A stretch of 64,000 bases of DNA from a virus: IMG/VR virus record IMGVR_UViG_3300031787_000063, positions 15,718 through 79,717 of that record; one strand, 5' to 3'. The notes below the pieces were generated by a model. It made no database searches, had not been told where the DNA came from, and saw only the letters and a program-made list of their open reading frames with translations. The position numbers and the translations under genes were made by a program. The first letter of the stretch is position 1, and every line of letters starts with the position of its first letter. Positions 1 to 8,928 of this stretch are shown here, piece by piece.

Positions 1-2
1 CT

Positions 3-1004
3 ACGTTTCTTTTCTTCATCAGTTTCTTGTTTAGCAGGTGCTTCCATTTGAGGTTTAGGTGGTTGTTGCGGCTGCTGTTGTTGAACTGGAGGTTGTTGCT
101 GTTGAGGCTGTTTCGGCTGCTGTGATTGTTGAGGTTGCTGTTGAGGTTGTTGCGGTGGTTGTTGCCCCATTTGTGGCATAGCAGGATTACTAGCCTGTTG
201 TTGCATTTGATCTCTTGTTGGAGTTGGCGGTTGATTTAACATACCTCTTAATTGATTAAATGGTTGTTGCATCATTTGTTGTTGACCTCCTGCCATAACC
301 TGATCTAATGTCGTTTGTAAGCTACCTAGAGAATTTCCGGCTGCTCCCATTTGTTGTGAAGGATTGATCCCTCCTGCAGACATAGACGGATCACGATCTT
401 TTGATCCACTAGGAACAAGTCGCCAATCTGCAGCACCTCTTCTACCATGCATTGGACCCGTAACCCATTTCATTCCCGGAGGTGCTGGGCGAGGAGGATT
501 TCTTCTATCATTTTGTAATCTTTCTTGCAAAGATCCCGGAGGCGGTCTATTAATAGGGTTTTTTCCTCTAGGAGGTTTTGCTCCTCCTATCATCCTTTCT
601 CCCAAACTCGCCATTCCACCAGAACCCGGACCTAAAGTTTGAAGTCTAGGCTTGTCAGTAGTAGATCTACCGTAAGGATTTAAGCCTTTGGCAGATTCCA
701 TTTCAGCTCGTCTTTCTTCTGGGGAAAGAGCCGCACGTCTTTCTTGTTGTGCTATTTGTTCTGGAGTCCTAGGGCTTAGTTTTTCCATTTCAACTTCTCT
801 ATCAAATAACTGTGCTGGAGGTTTTCCTCCTTCAACTGGTCTGTTATTGCTTGGAGGTCGCTGTACAGGTCTTTTTCCTCTTCTTGGACCGCTTAAACGA
901 AACGCTTCTGATGCTCGTCTAGCATTTTCAGGTGTGGTTCTACTACGGGATCTTGAAGAAGATCCTGAAAATCCGCTTAATGAATTAGCTAAATTACCAA
1001 ACAT
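3..1004 (-). CDS. Gln/Pro-rich low-complexity protein, probable internal virion (ejection) protein; runs off the window edge
   Basis: Not in ORF track. ATG at 1004 with AGGAGA RBS; hand translation MFGNLANSLSGFSG...QQPPQQPQQQ...AKQETDEEKKR stays open to the edge; lies downstream of tail genes. Confidence 0.7.
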   Translation of the reverse strand, partial: MFGNLANSLSGFSGSSSRSRSRTTPENARRASEAFRLSGPRRGKRPVQRPPSNNRPVEGGKPPAQLFDREVEMEKLSPRTPEQIAQQERRAALSPEERRAEMESAKGLNPYGRSTTDKPRLQTLGPGSGGMASLGERMIGGAKPPRGKNPINRPPPGSLQERLQNDRRNPPRPAPPGMKWVTGPMHGRRGAADWRLVPSGSKDRDPSMSAGGINPSQQMGAAGNSLGSLQTTLDQVMAGGQQQMMQQPFNQLRGMLNQPPTPTRDQMQQQASNPAMPQMGQQPPQQPQQQPQQSQQPKQPQQQQPPVQQQQPQQPPKPQMEAPAKQETDEEKKR

Positions 1005-1019
1005 GACTACTCTCCTATA

Positions 1020-3389
1020 TTATTTTTTTGTATTTGCGTTATTAAAACTTTGAGCCGTTGTTGGTTTATTCAAATCTTTTTTTTGTCTTAAAGTTTGTCC
1101 AGTTTTTATTAAATTGGGATTGTCACCTATTAAATCTTTGTTGGCTTCATAAGCTTCTTTCCAATTAGAATATCCTAAATCTTTATATCTAGTACCTAAA
1201 GTATCGCCTTTTTGAATAGTATACGATCCTCTATTTATAGCTTGATTTACCTGACCTTGCGTTGGCATATTAGGATTTGGTAACGCTGGTCTAGGAGCTG
1301 GTTTAGGTTGAACCGCAGGTTTAGGTTGATTCATTTTATCTACTTGACCTTGGATGTCAGCAGGTAAGGTGTATGTTTGTGGTTTTGCAGGAGGTTGGTT
1401 TGCAGGGGGTTGGTTTGCAGGGGGTTGGTTTGCAGGGGGTTGTTCAGCAGCAGGTTTTCTTCCTGCTTGTTGAGCTTGTAGTTTTTCCTGAGCCCGTCTT
1501 TTATCTCTTTCTAGTGGTGATTCATATATATTTAAGCCTGTTCGAGCTAAATCTGCACCAGATGATATTAAATTTTGTTTTGCAACAGCTTCATTCATAG
1601 CCATATTTGCAAGATCTCCACGAACTCCTCCAACTTGTTTTAGAGTTTCTAATCTAGTACCAGATTGAGCTTTTGCTAAATCTGCTTCTTCTTGAGTTTG
1701 TTGTCTAGATAAATTAGTTCCTCTTTGTATATCTTGTTCTAGTCTTTGACTAGCAGAGGCTTCTCTTGCTAAGTTAGTTTCAGATTGAGTTCCCATTACA
1801 GATTGTCCACCAGCCAATGCAGAAGCCAAAGCAGAACCTGCTCCAGTAGCTCCTTGTCCCATTCTAGCCATTTGCTCTAAAGCAGCAGCTCTAGCTCCTG
1901 CAGCAGCTCTACCAGCTCGAATATCTCCTTCTTGCTGCATTTTCTTTTCTTCAGCAGTTATTCCTCCGCCAGCAATTCTGTCTGCTATAAACTTTCTTTC
2001 CTGTTTATATCTTTCAGGATCATAAGTCATTTCTGCAAACTTTTTATCAGATGCTTGTAATTCTTCTAATTGTTCTTTTGAGTATCCTTTAGCTTTGCCA
2101 AATCCTTCTTGTCCAGCCTCATAAGCTAATGCTGCTTCTGCTGCACCTATTCCAGTATCTACTAATCCCCTATTTCTACCCACAAAGTTACCGATACCAG
2201 TAGTAATGTCATTAAAACCATCTCCTATACTATCAAAAAATCCACCTTGATCTGCTTGTCCGGCTGGACCTCTACCTGCTTGAAAACCATCTCCAAATCC
2301 AAAAAGATCTTTTAACATTGCAGTATTTTCTGATCCTTTTCCTCCTGCTCCTAAATCTGGAAGTTTAATGCCGGGAATGTTTGGAAGTTTCATACCTGAC
2401 ATTCCTAAACTTGGCAATAATCCGCTAGTGCTAAATCCAGCACCTAAATTTTGTATTGACTTTAACCAATCAGATCCTCCACCTCCAGCTCCCGACGATC
2501 CTCCTCCCATTCCCATATCTGGAAGTAGTCCCTGAGTAGCTCTTTGAAGACGATCCATTGAAAACTTACCGCCAGCAAGTTCATCAATCGCTTTAAATCT
2601 GGTTGGGTCCATATATCCACTAGCTCCTATTAACCCCATTGCAAGATCTCTATTATTGCCTGTTACGGCTCCGCCTAAGGCTCTAGAAAAATCTTCTCCA
2701 AATCCTAAAGCTCCTCCTAGACTTTGACCTATTCCCTTTTTATCTCCTGTAGCTAAGGAACCTATCAAATTTGAAGTATTTCCTCCAAATCCTAGTCCTC
2801 CGGCTAAACCTGATATTAAGCCTTTTTTATCTCCTGTTAATGCAGAACTTGCCATTCTCATAGCATTAGGGTTTGCTAAGGCACTCATAAAAGGATTACT
2901 GCTACCTGCAAAACTGCTCATAGCCCCAGATGATCCCAAACTACCCAATCCAGCTAACGCAGCTCCTTTTAAATCTCCCCTAGCTAATGCAGAGCCTCCT
3001 TGTAAAGCTTGCATCATTGTAGGACTAAAACCAGCTAAAGAACCTACTGCCCCAGCAGCTTGACCTAAATCAAATTTACCACTAGAAGCCATATTTCCTA
3101 AAGAGCTAACTGCTCCATAGGCTCCTCCAGTTAAAGCATTCCCTGCTAATTGTGTCAATAGAGGAGCGTATTGTTCCATTCCTTTTTTAGATTCTCTTGT
3201 TATATTAGAACCAGCTTTTACGATATCTTTACTACCAACAGTTCTTCCCACTTGGGATACAGTATCCCCAACACCTTTTGAAACACCAGTTCCAACATCT
3301 TTTACGGCTTTAGTAACTGTTTTTCCAACGTCTCCGATGGCTTTTCCAACAGATCCTAAAAACCCACCTTTCTTTTTTTTCCCACCCAT
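1020..3389 (-). CDS. Gly/Ala-rich internal virion (ejection) protein with C-terminal LysM-like domain
   Basis: 789 aa; Gly/Ala/Leu-rich N-half, coiled middle, QPPAN repeats, C-terminal YTIQKGDTL...YEANKDLIGDNPNLIKTGQTL LysM pattern; position after nozzle gene. Confidence 0.7.
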   Translation of the reverse strand: MGGKKKKGGFLGSVGKAIGDVGKTVTKAVKDVGTGVSKGVGDTVSQVGRTVGSKDIVKAGSNITRESKKGMEQYAPLLTQLAGNALTGGAYGAVSSLGNMASSGKFDLGQAAGAVGSLAGFSPTMMQALQGGSALARGDLKGAALAGLGSLGSSGAMSSFAGSSNPFMSALANPNAMRMASSALTGDKKGLISGLAGGLGFGGNTSNLIGSLATGDKKGIGQSLGGALGFGEDFSRALGGAVTGNNRDLAMGLIGASGYMDPTRFKAIDELAGGKFSMDRLQRATQGLLPDMGMGGGSSGAGGGGSDWLKSIQNLGAGFSTSGLLPSLGMSGMKLPNIPGIKLPDLGAGGKGSENTAMLKDLFGFGDGFQAGRGPAGQADQGGFFDSIGDGFNDITTGIGNFVGRNRGLVDTGIGAAEAALAYEAGQEGFGKAKGYSKEQLEELQASDKKFAEMTYDPERYKQERKFIADRIAGGGITAEEKKMQQEGDIRAGRAAAGARAAALEQMARMGQGATGAGSALASALAGGQSVMGTQSETNLAREASASQRLEQDIQRGTNLSRQQTQEEADLAKAQSGTRLETLKQVGGVRGDLANMAMNEAVAKQNLISSGADLARTGLNIYESPLERDKRRAQEKLQAQQAGRKPAAEQPPANQPPANQPPANQPPAKPQTYTLPADIQGQVDKMNQPKPAVQPKPAPRPALPNPNMPTQGQVNQAINRGSYTIQKGDTLGTRYKDLGYSNWKEAYEANKDLIGDNPNLIKTGQTLRQKKDLNKPTTAQSFNNANTKK
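1382..1443 (-). repeat. 15-nt tandem repeat encoding (QPPAN)3-QPPAK
   Basis: Plus strand repeats ggttggtttgcaggg units. Confidence 0.9.
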
Positions 3390-3391
3390 AT

Positions 3392-3745
3392 CTATATTTC
3401 CTTAAAATAAAATTCCATTTCTTCGGATTCGTTAAATAAGACCATCCCGTAACTTGATAATGCTAACCTAGATAATTCTTTATTATTAGCATCTTTGTGG
3501 ATTGATCCAGTTATTCTAGTTATTCCATTTTCTTTTGCAATAGAACAAACCTTATCTGCTAAACTTCTAGCAGCAAATCCTTTATTTCTCATTTCTGGAA
3601 TAACATATAAATCTTCAATATAACACTCATTATCTTCTTTATTTAAGTGGAATGTTATAAATCCTAAATTAGTGTAATGAATTCTAGGTCCAAATCCTTT
3701 TTCTTCTGAGTAATGCTTAAACATTTTTTCTAAAATATTGTCCAT
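3392..3745 (-). CDS. GNAT-family acetyltransferase-like protein
   Basis: YIEDLYVIPEMRNKGFA matches GNAT motif A (V-x-P-x-x-R-x-x-G). Confidence 0.75.
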   Translation of the reverse strand: MDNILEKMFKHYSEEKGFGPRIHYTNLGFITFHLNKEDNECYIEDLYVIPEMRNKGFAARSLADKVCSIAKENGITRITGSIHKDANNKELSRLALSSYGMVLFNESEEMEFYFKEI

Positions 3746-3749
3746 ACAA

Positions 3750-4073
3750 TTACTCTATTTCCTTATAATAAAAAATCATAGCACCCTCTTCAGTATAAGG
3801 AATAAAACCTAAGGCTAACATAAACTTATGAGATGACTCCCAATTAAGAGCTTCTCTATCAGTACATCCGTATGTTACTTTTGGTTTAGTTTTTTCGATT
3901 AGTTCATCCCATAGTTTTTTTGTAGCTCCAGATTTTCTATGCTCTTTCTCTACAAAAACATCTATGATCATAATTTCGGTTTCGTTTAATTGTCGATATG
4001 TTACGAAACTAAAATCGTTATATATGATTTTAGCTCCCTCTCTTTCTTCTATGTATTTTTCCCAGAGTTTCAT
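3750..4073 (-). CDS. GNAT-family acetyltransferase-like protein, paralog of neighbour
   Basis: IIDVFVEKEHRKSGAT motif, LGF near C-terminus, ends FYYKEI like the adjacent ORF (FYFKEI). Confidence 0.75.
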   Translation of the reverse strand: MKLWEKYIEEREGAKIIYNDFSFVTYRQLNETEIMIIDVFVEKEHRKSGATKKLWDELIEKTKPKVTYGCTDREALNWESSHKFMLALGFIPYTEEGAMIFYYKEIE

Positions 4074-4111
4074 ACTATCTCCAACATATCTCTATTAAAT
4101 ATTTGTTATTA

Positions 4112-4603
4112 TTAACTAATAGCTAATAAAATTAATCTATAGTTTACGCCCGGTTTTAACCCTGCGATATGACGTATGTACGAAGTAGAACCAATGGTTT
4201 CAGTAGTTAGAAATGGTGCTGCTATAGGAAATAATCCAGAGCTGTCTAGTCCTATGTTATCTCCATTTTCAGTAATTAAGGTGTCACCGTCCTCCGCAGC
4301 TAGAAATTCTCCTAATCCTGACTGACCAGCATCTAATAGAACTATATTAATACAAATATAACCTTTTAAATTTTTTAAATTAGTGAGAAGTCTTTGATTT
4401 ATCTGAGGTACTCCTGATTCATCTACTTTAGTGTCTAAGATCTTAAATTCAAAAGGTAAGTTATCGTCTACAGTAAAATTTTTATTAAATCCAATTACAA
4501 GTTTATCAATAAAAGGATTCAATATTCCACCTAGAGTATCAGCTAATTGCTTCTGCTCCTCTGGGAAATCATTGGTTTTTATCCTAACTGATTGTAATTT
4601 CAT
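4112..4603 (-). CDS. Hypothetical virion protein with acidic LxxEDGxxLITENG segment
   Basis: 163 aa ORF coupled to the nozzle gene (TAATG overlap). Confidence 0.6.
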   Translation of the reverse strand: MKLQSVRIKTNDFPEEQKQLADTLGGILNPFIDKLVIGFNKNFTVDDNLPFEFKILDTKVDESGVPQINQRLLTNLKNLKGYICINIVLLDAGQSGLGEFLAAEDGDTLITENGDNIGLDSSGLFPIAAPFLTTETIGSTSYIRHIAGLKPGVNYRLILLAIS

Positions 4604-7431
4604 TACTTATAATCTCTATCTGGTATCATATATCTTCTTAAAGATAATGTCAATCCATATAGTTGAAAAGATTCTAATGCAACTTTATGTATTAATTTAC
4701 ATCCTAAAAATCTACATCTCTGCTTTCTTAAAGGAACGTAAGTACGAACTTGGGATTGATCTCCTTGACCTCCCCAAATAGTTCCGTCTCCCCATGACAT
4801 TCCTCCAAAAGTTCCAGCAGATGTATTTTTTATAGTGATTTCTTCAAAGTTATCACTGATATCACTATTATACCCTACATCCACGGTAGAAAAAGATCTT
4901 CTTTCAAACATAAAAGTGGCTGTTGAAAATTGTTTATAAGACGCTGGATCTCCATCGTGTTGAGGAGCGTACTCTATTTCTGTAACGATTCCTTTATAAA
5001 TTAACAATTTACCCTGAACAAAAGCAGGTGGTACGTGTAAAGTTATTTCAAAATTTATGTTATTTAAATTAGTTATGTAAGATTCATACTTCTTAACACC
5101 TTCAGAACGATTATAATTTCTTAAAAAACTATTAGGGGATTCATTTAATCTATCAATCATTTTGTTATACTGAACTTGAATATTTTGAAAATCGGAAGAC
5201 GTAGTATATTCGTAATCAGTATTTCCATGACTGTCCGGACCAGACCAATCAGAAGAAGGGTCTGCCTGTCTTAATCTATCTCGTAATCCTATTAGAGTTG
5301 AATTTAAATTATCTCCAATAGAAATCTTAAGAGCATCGTAAAATCCTCTAACTTTCAACTTTCCATCCAAATCTAAATGTTTTAAAGTAGAGTTAATTTC
5401 TGTAATTGTTAGATACTGCTCTTGCAATACAACATCTCCAACTTTTAAAGATTGGAAAATTGGTAAAATTATGATATTTCCATTTAATTTATTTTGAGAT
5501 AGTTCTGTTATTAATTCTCGATCAGCGAAATCAAATCTATCAAAGTTTTTTCTTTCAGCTTCTACATAATTATCAGAAGATCCAAAATATAACCTATCTT
5601 GATGTTGATTTAAAGCTCCGCATGTTTTAGAAATTTTCCACTCAGTCCATGCTTGAGTCATTGTATTATATCTGTAACATACTGTTGCTATGGTGTCTGA
5701 TTTTTTAGCCACTGTCCAAAATAATAATGCTTTATCTGACTCATAAGCTACGCAAAAAGAAACTGTAGAAATTGCTGGAGAAGTAGCTAAAAATGGCAGT
5801 AATTTATCTTGAATTGGTTGAGATACTGATTCTATAGAAGATTCGTTTAACTTCATTACTCCTTGGTTTCCAAAGTAATAACACTGATTTCCTAAAGTCA
5901 CTGCAGTATCTGGAGATTTTATGATAGAAGTATTATCAAAAACTCCAACATCCCATGTAGGATTTGCTCCCGGATCTCCAGCTAATCTAAATACTCCATC
6001 ATTTTTTAAAATAAATAGAGATTCCCTTAGTGCAATTATTCTTTCTATTTGTTGATCTCTACTGCCGATATCAATGTAGTTAAGCAATGGAACAGCTTCT
6101 AATTCTTGGTATTTTGAATAGTATAATCTGTTTCCAAATTTTTCAGTGGTGCTGGTTAATTTTGTTGTTATAGTCGATCCGGTTCCAAGTTCAGGACTGA
6201 AATTTAAAACAATAGAAGCATCTGTAGTTCCTATGTAAAAATCATCATCTTCTAAGGTTTTCTTTTCCAATAAAATTTTACCCGGAGCTTCTCCATACAC
6301 GGATAGGTAGTAAGCAGATACTGTTTCATTTGCATCAGCGTTTACAATTCTTACAAAAGATTTTGCAGTTTCTTCTATAGTTCCTATTTTTATTTTTTTG
6401 GAAACAGCATCTTCTATTGTATCAAAAGTATAAGTAATTCCGTTAACAACAAGAGTGCTTGTTCCTGCTGTAATTCCGTCCATGTCGAGTAAAGTAAATA
6501 TAGCTCTGTGCCTAGTTCTAGTATTACCATAGAACATGTGCCCTTTAAACAAAGCAATGTCTTTAGCCGCAGGAGGTGGCTCATTTGCTTTAAGAGCACC
6601 TTCTCCGCTATATTGATTCGTATATAATGGAATTCCTGCTAATCTCAAATCTTCTGACAAAGAATCTACCACTATAACTTCTTTAGTTAAAAGTTGAGCT
6701 GCAGTAACAGATGATTCATATACTTGATATACTTCATCAGATGGAGTTCCAAAAGTAGACATTTCAGATCTATAAATTCTGTACTTGTATTCTGTAGTAT
6801 CTACTGTGTATGGAATTTGAAACTTTAATTGTACATTCCTATCTCCATCAGAATTATTAGAAATTACCATTGGAGTAGATGGAGCACCTAATATTAAATT
6901 TTGATTTCTGTCTGTATATAACCATAAAATTCTATAAGCAACGGTATTTCCTTTTTTAAAAAACCCAGAAGTACCAACTAATTCTAAAGTTCCGGCAATA
7001 GCTTTTGGACCTCCTGCATCTTGAATAACATTTGCAATTGAAAAATCAGAAGCCGAGGTTGCGGATATTTTTTTAACTCCATTTAAAGTAGTAATGTATA
7101 AATTGCTTTTAGCTTCTGCATGTTTTAATCTATATCCAGAAGATGCTTCATAATAATTTCCTGCAAAATTTGCAAAAGTTCCAAATCCATTATCATAAGA
7201 TAAAGTAGAATTAACGTGACGTATAATTCTTCCTTTATATTCTAGTAATTGTTTTATTGGAGAGCTTGTAGCAGGAGTGCTGTAAATAGCTATTCCTCTT
7301 CTAGGAGAAATAACGCCTTGTCTATCTATAACAGTATTATTTGCTTTTAGAAGTGCTCCGGGAGATATTTCTGTTAAGCTTTGATAGAATGTTTGTAAAC
7401 CTACGGCTTTTAGATTAATGGATTGTGCCAC
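4603..7431 (-). CDS. Tail tubular protein B / nozzle (T7 gp12- or P22 gp10-like)
   Basis: 942 aa beta-rich; N-terminal N-x7-G-x3-R-R-G; RLYYS...E-x-VP; follows adaptor gene in podovirus order. Confidence 0.7.
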   Translation of the reverse strand: MAQSINLKAVGLQTFYQSLTEISPGALLKANNTVIDRQGVISPRRGIAIYSTPATSSPIKQLLEYKGRIIRHVNSTLSYDNGFGTFANFAGNYYEASSGYRLKHAEAKSNLYITTLNGVKKISATSASDFSIANVIQDAGGPKAIAGTLELVGTSGFFKKGNTVAYRILWLYTDRNQNLILGAPSTPMVISNNSDGDRNVQLKFQIPYTVDTTEYKYRIYRSEMSTFGTPSDEVYQVYESSVTAAQLLTKEVIVVDSLSEDLRLAGIPLYTNQYSGEGALKANEPPPAAKDIALFKGHMFYGNTRTRHRAIFTLLDMDGITAGTSTLVVNGITYTFDTIEDAVSKKIKIGTIEETAKSFVRIVNADANETVSAYYLSVYGEAPGKILLEKKTLEDDDFYIGTTDASIVLNFSPELGTGSTITTKLTSTTEKFGNRLYYSKYQELEAVPLLNYIDIGSRDQQIERIIALRESLFILKNDGVFRLAGDPGANPTWDVGVFDNTSIIKSPDTAVTLGNQCYYFGNQGVMKLNESSIESVSQPIQDKLLPFLATSPAISTVSFCVAYESDKALLFWTVAKKSDTIATVCYRYNTMTQAWTEWKISKTCGALNQHQDRLYFGSSDNYVEAERKNFDRFDFADRELITELSQNKLNGNIIILPIFQSLKVGDVVLQEQYLTITEINSTLKHLDLDGKLKVRGFYDALKISIGDNLNSTLIGLRDRLRQADPSSDWSGPDSHGNTDYEYTTSSDFQNIQVQYNKMIDRLNESPNSFLRNYNRSEGVKKYESYITNLNNINFEITLHVPPAFVQGKLLIYKGIVTEIEYAPQHDGDPASYKQFSTATFMFERRSFSTVDVGYNSDISDNFEEITIKNTSAGTFGGMSWGDGTIWGGQGDQSQVRTYVPLRKQRCRFLGCKLIHKVALESFQLYGLTLSLRRYMIPDRDYK

Positions 7432-7433
7432 GG

Positions 7434-8429
7434 CTACCTCCTTCTATTTCTAGCAACTCCAGTCATCAATGCTCTATTAACTACTTTTCTTGGAGCACCC
7501 TCTACTCTATTATCGAGCATAGAGGACATCTTAGCTTCCATTTCGTTAATTTTATTAGTGGCATTATTTAATCCCTCAGTGTCTCCCATTGCTTCCAAAA
7601 TTCTTTGAGCTACTCTTTGAGCTAATACGGAGTGCAATTCTGTTGGAACATTAGGGATACAACTTTGTCCTGCTAAAGCAAAATAGTCACCTATTTCTAA
7701 ATCAACAGGTATATCAGAAGGATTAACATTAACTACTTTTGCACTAGAATTCAATGAAGTTATTGTTATGTTAATTTTTAGTACATTGTGAGGAGATTTT
7801 GATTTTATAAAATCATACTTTACAGATTCATTGTTAGTGCCGGGGATTGCAATTGCATAACCTGTAGGTATTGAATGTAGCGTGATATCTCCAGTTATTC
7901 TGTTTATATTAGAAATAATAGCTACCGCAGAGTCTTTAACTAAAGTATTGGGACGAAGATAATAATAAAAAGCAAGTCCTCCATAAGCTGCAGGACCAAC
8001 AGTAGGGTGAAGTACTATATCACTTCCCATCAGATAGAATCTTCTAAATCCCGTAAAATCATTAGAGCCAGTTCCACTATATAGACCTGTATAGCGATCA
8101 TCAATTGCAATCTGAGTCATTTCATACTCATTTTGAATAGGACCAGTTATAGTGTCTATGAAACAAATTTCTCTAAGTTTATTAGCTAAAGCTCTTTCAG
8201 GTATTGGATAATGAGATTTATTTGGAATAATAGGAGTCATTTCTCTGTAAATAAAATACTCCTCTTTTGTTTGCAAAACAGAGGGTACAAGACCAATCAT
8301 CATCTCTTCATTCATTAAGTCAATGAAGTCTTGATCTGTAAATGTATTTTGGTTATCAGGAACCAATGCTCTACGCTTAATTGATTTAAGCATTTCGCTA
8401 GTGGTTAACCCTACTTTTATGCCACTCAT
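7434..8429 (-). CDS. Head-tail adaptor / tail tubular protein A
   Basis: N-terminal helices, YYYxRP motif, C-terminal P-x-ELHSVL helical bundle typical of adaptors; synteny. Confidence 0.65.
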   Translation of the reverse strand: MSGIKVGLTTSEMLKSIKRRALVPDNQNTFTDQDFIDLMNEEMMIGLVPSVLQTKEEYFIYREMTPIIPNKSHYPIPERALANKLREICFIDTITGPIQNEYEMTQIAIDDRYTGLYSGTGSNDFTGFRRFYLMGSDIVLHPTVGPAAYGGLAFYYYLRPNTLVKDSAVAIISNINRITGDITLHSIPTGYAIAIPGTNNESVKYDFIKSKSPHNVLKINITITSLNSSAKVVNVNPSDIPVDLEIGDYFALAGQSCIPNVPTELHSVLAQRVAQRILEAMGDTEGLNNATNKINEMEAKMSSMLDNRVEGAPRKVVNRALMTGVARNRRR

Positions 8430-8791
8430 TATTTTTTCTTACTTTTTAATTCTTTAATTTGAGCTTCTAATTTAGCGATCTCATCCTCAACGTCAGACAT
8501 TTCACTAGAATCTTCCATTTCATCTTCAGATTCTTCGTCTTCCATCTCATCTTCACATTCTTCGCCCATTTTACCTTCTAGAACTTCTTCTGCTTTTTCA
8601 AGACCTTTTTTAAGTCCTTCTTTAGAATCAGATGCTACAGTTACTTTTTTCAAGCCATCTGCCAAATCTTCTCCCAAAATATCAGATAATTCTTTTGCCA
8701 TAGCAGCCTTAGCTTCCATGTGACGGTTCATTTTAGGACCGCCTTGTTCTTCGGCTTTTTTAGCCAATAGTTTCAAAAATTCTTCCATCAT
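8429..8791 (-). CDS. Acidic coiled-coil hypothetical protein
   Basis: 120 aa, Glu/Asp-rich C-terminus, GGGGA RBS. Confidence 0.6.
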   Translation of the reverse strand: MMEEFLKLLAKKAEEQGGPKMNRHMEAKAAMAKELSDILGEDLADGLKKVTVASDSKEGLKKGLEKAEEVLEGKMGEECEDEMEDEESEDEMEDSSEMSDVEDEIAKLEAQIKELKSKKK

Positions 8792-8824
8792 ATATTCCCC
8801 TTTGTAATGGAATCACACTTATTT

Positions 8825-8926
8825 TTATTTTTTTGTTTCGACAGCTACCAAATCAACAACAGCAAGAACATCGTTCTGTCCTGCTGCTATTAATTCTGTT
8901 AGTTCCGTTATTTTTTTATTAACCAT
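8825..8926 (-). pseudogene. 33-aa truncated duplicate of the 888-aa fibre N-terminus
   Basis: MVNKKITELTELIAAGQNDVLAVVDLVAVETKK* vs MANKKITELIELTTATENDVLPIVDLAVPETKKIKVS; one base short in an A-run gives TAA. Confidence 0.75.
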
Positions 8927-8928
8927 AA

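Noticed and set aside
364-1600. Plus-strand ORFs 364-642, 688-1053, 1373-1600
   Set aside because: Antisense shadows of low-complexity minus-strand genes
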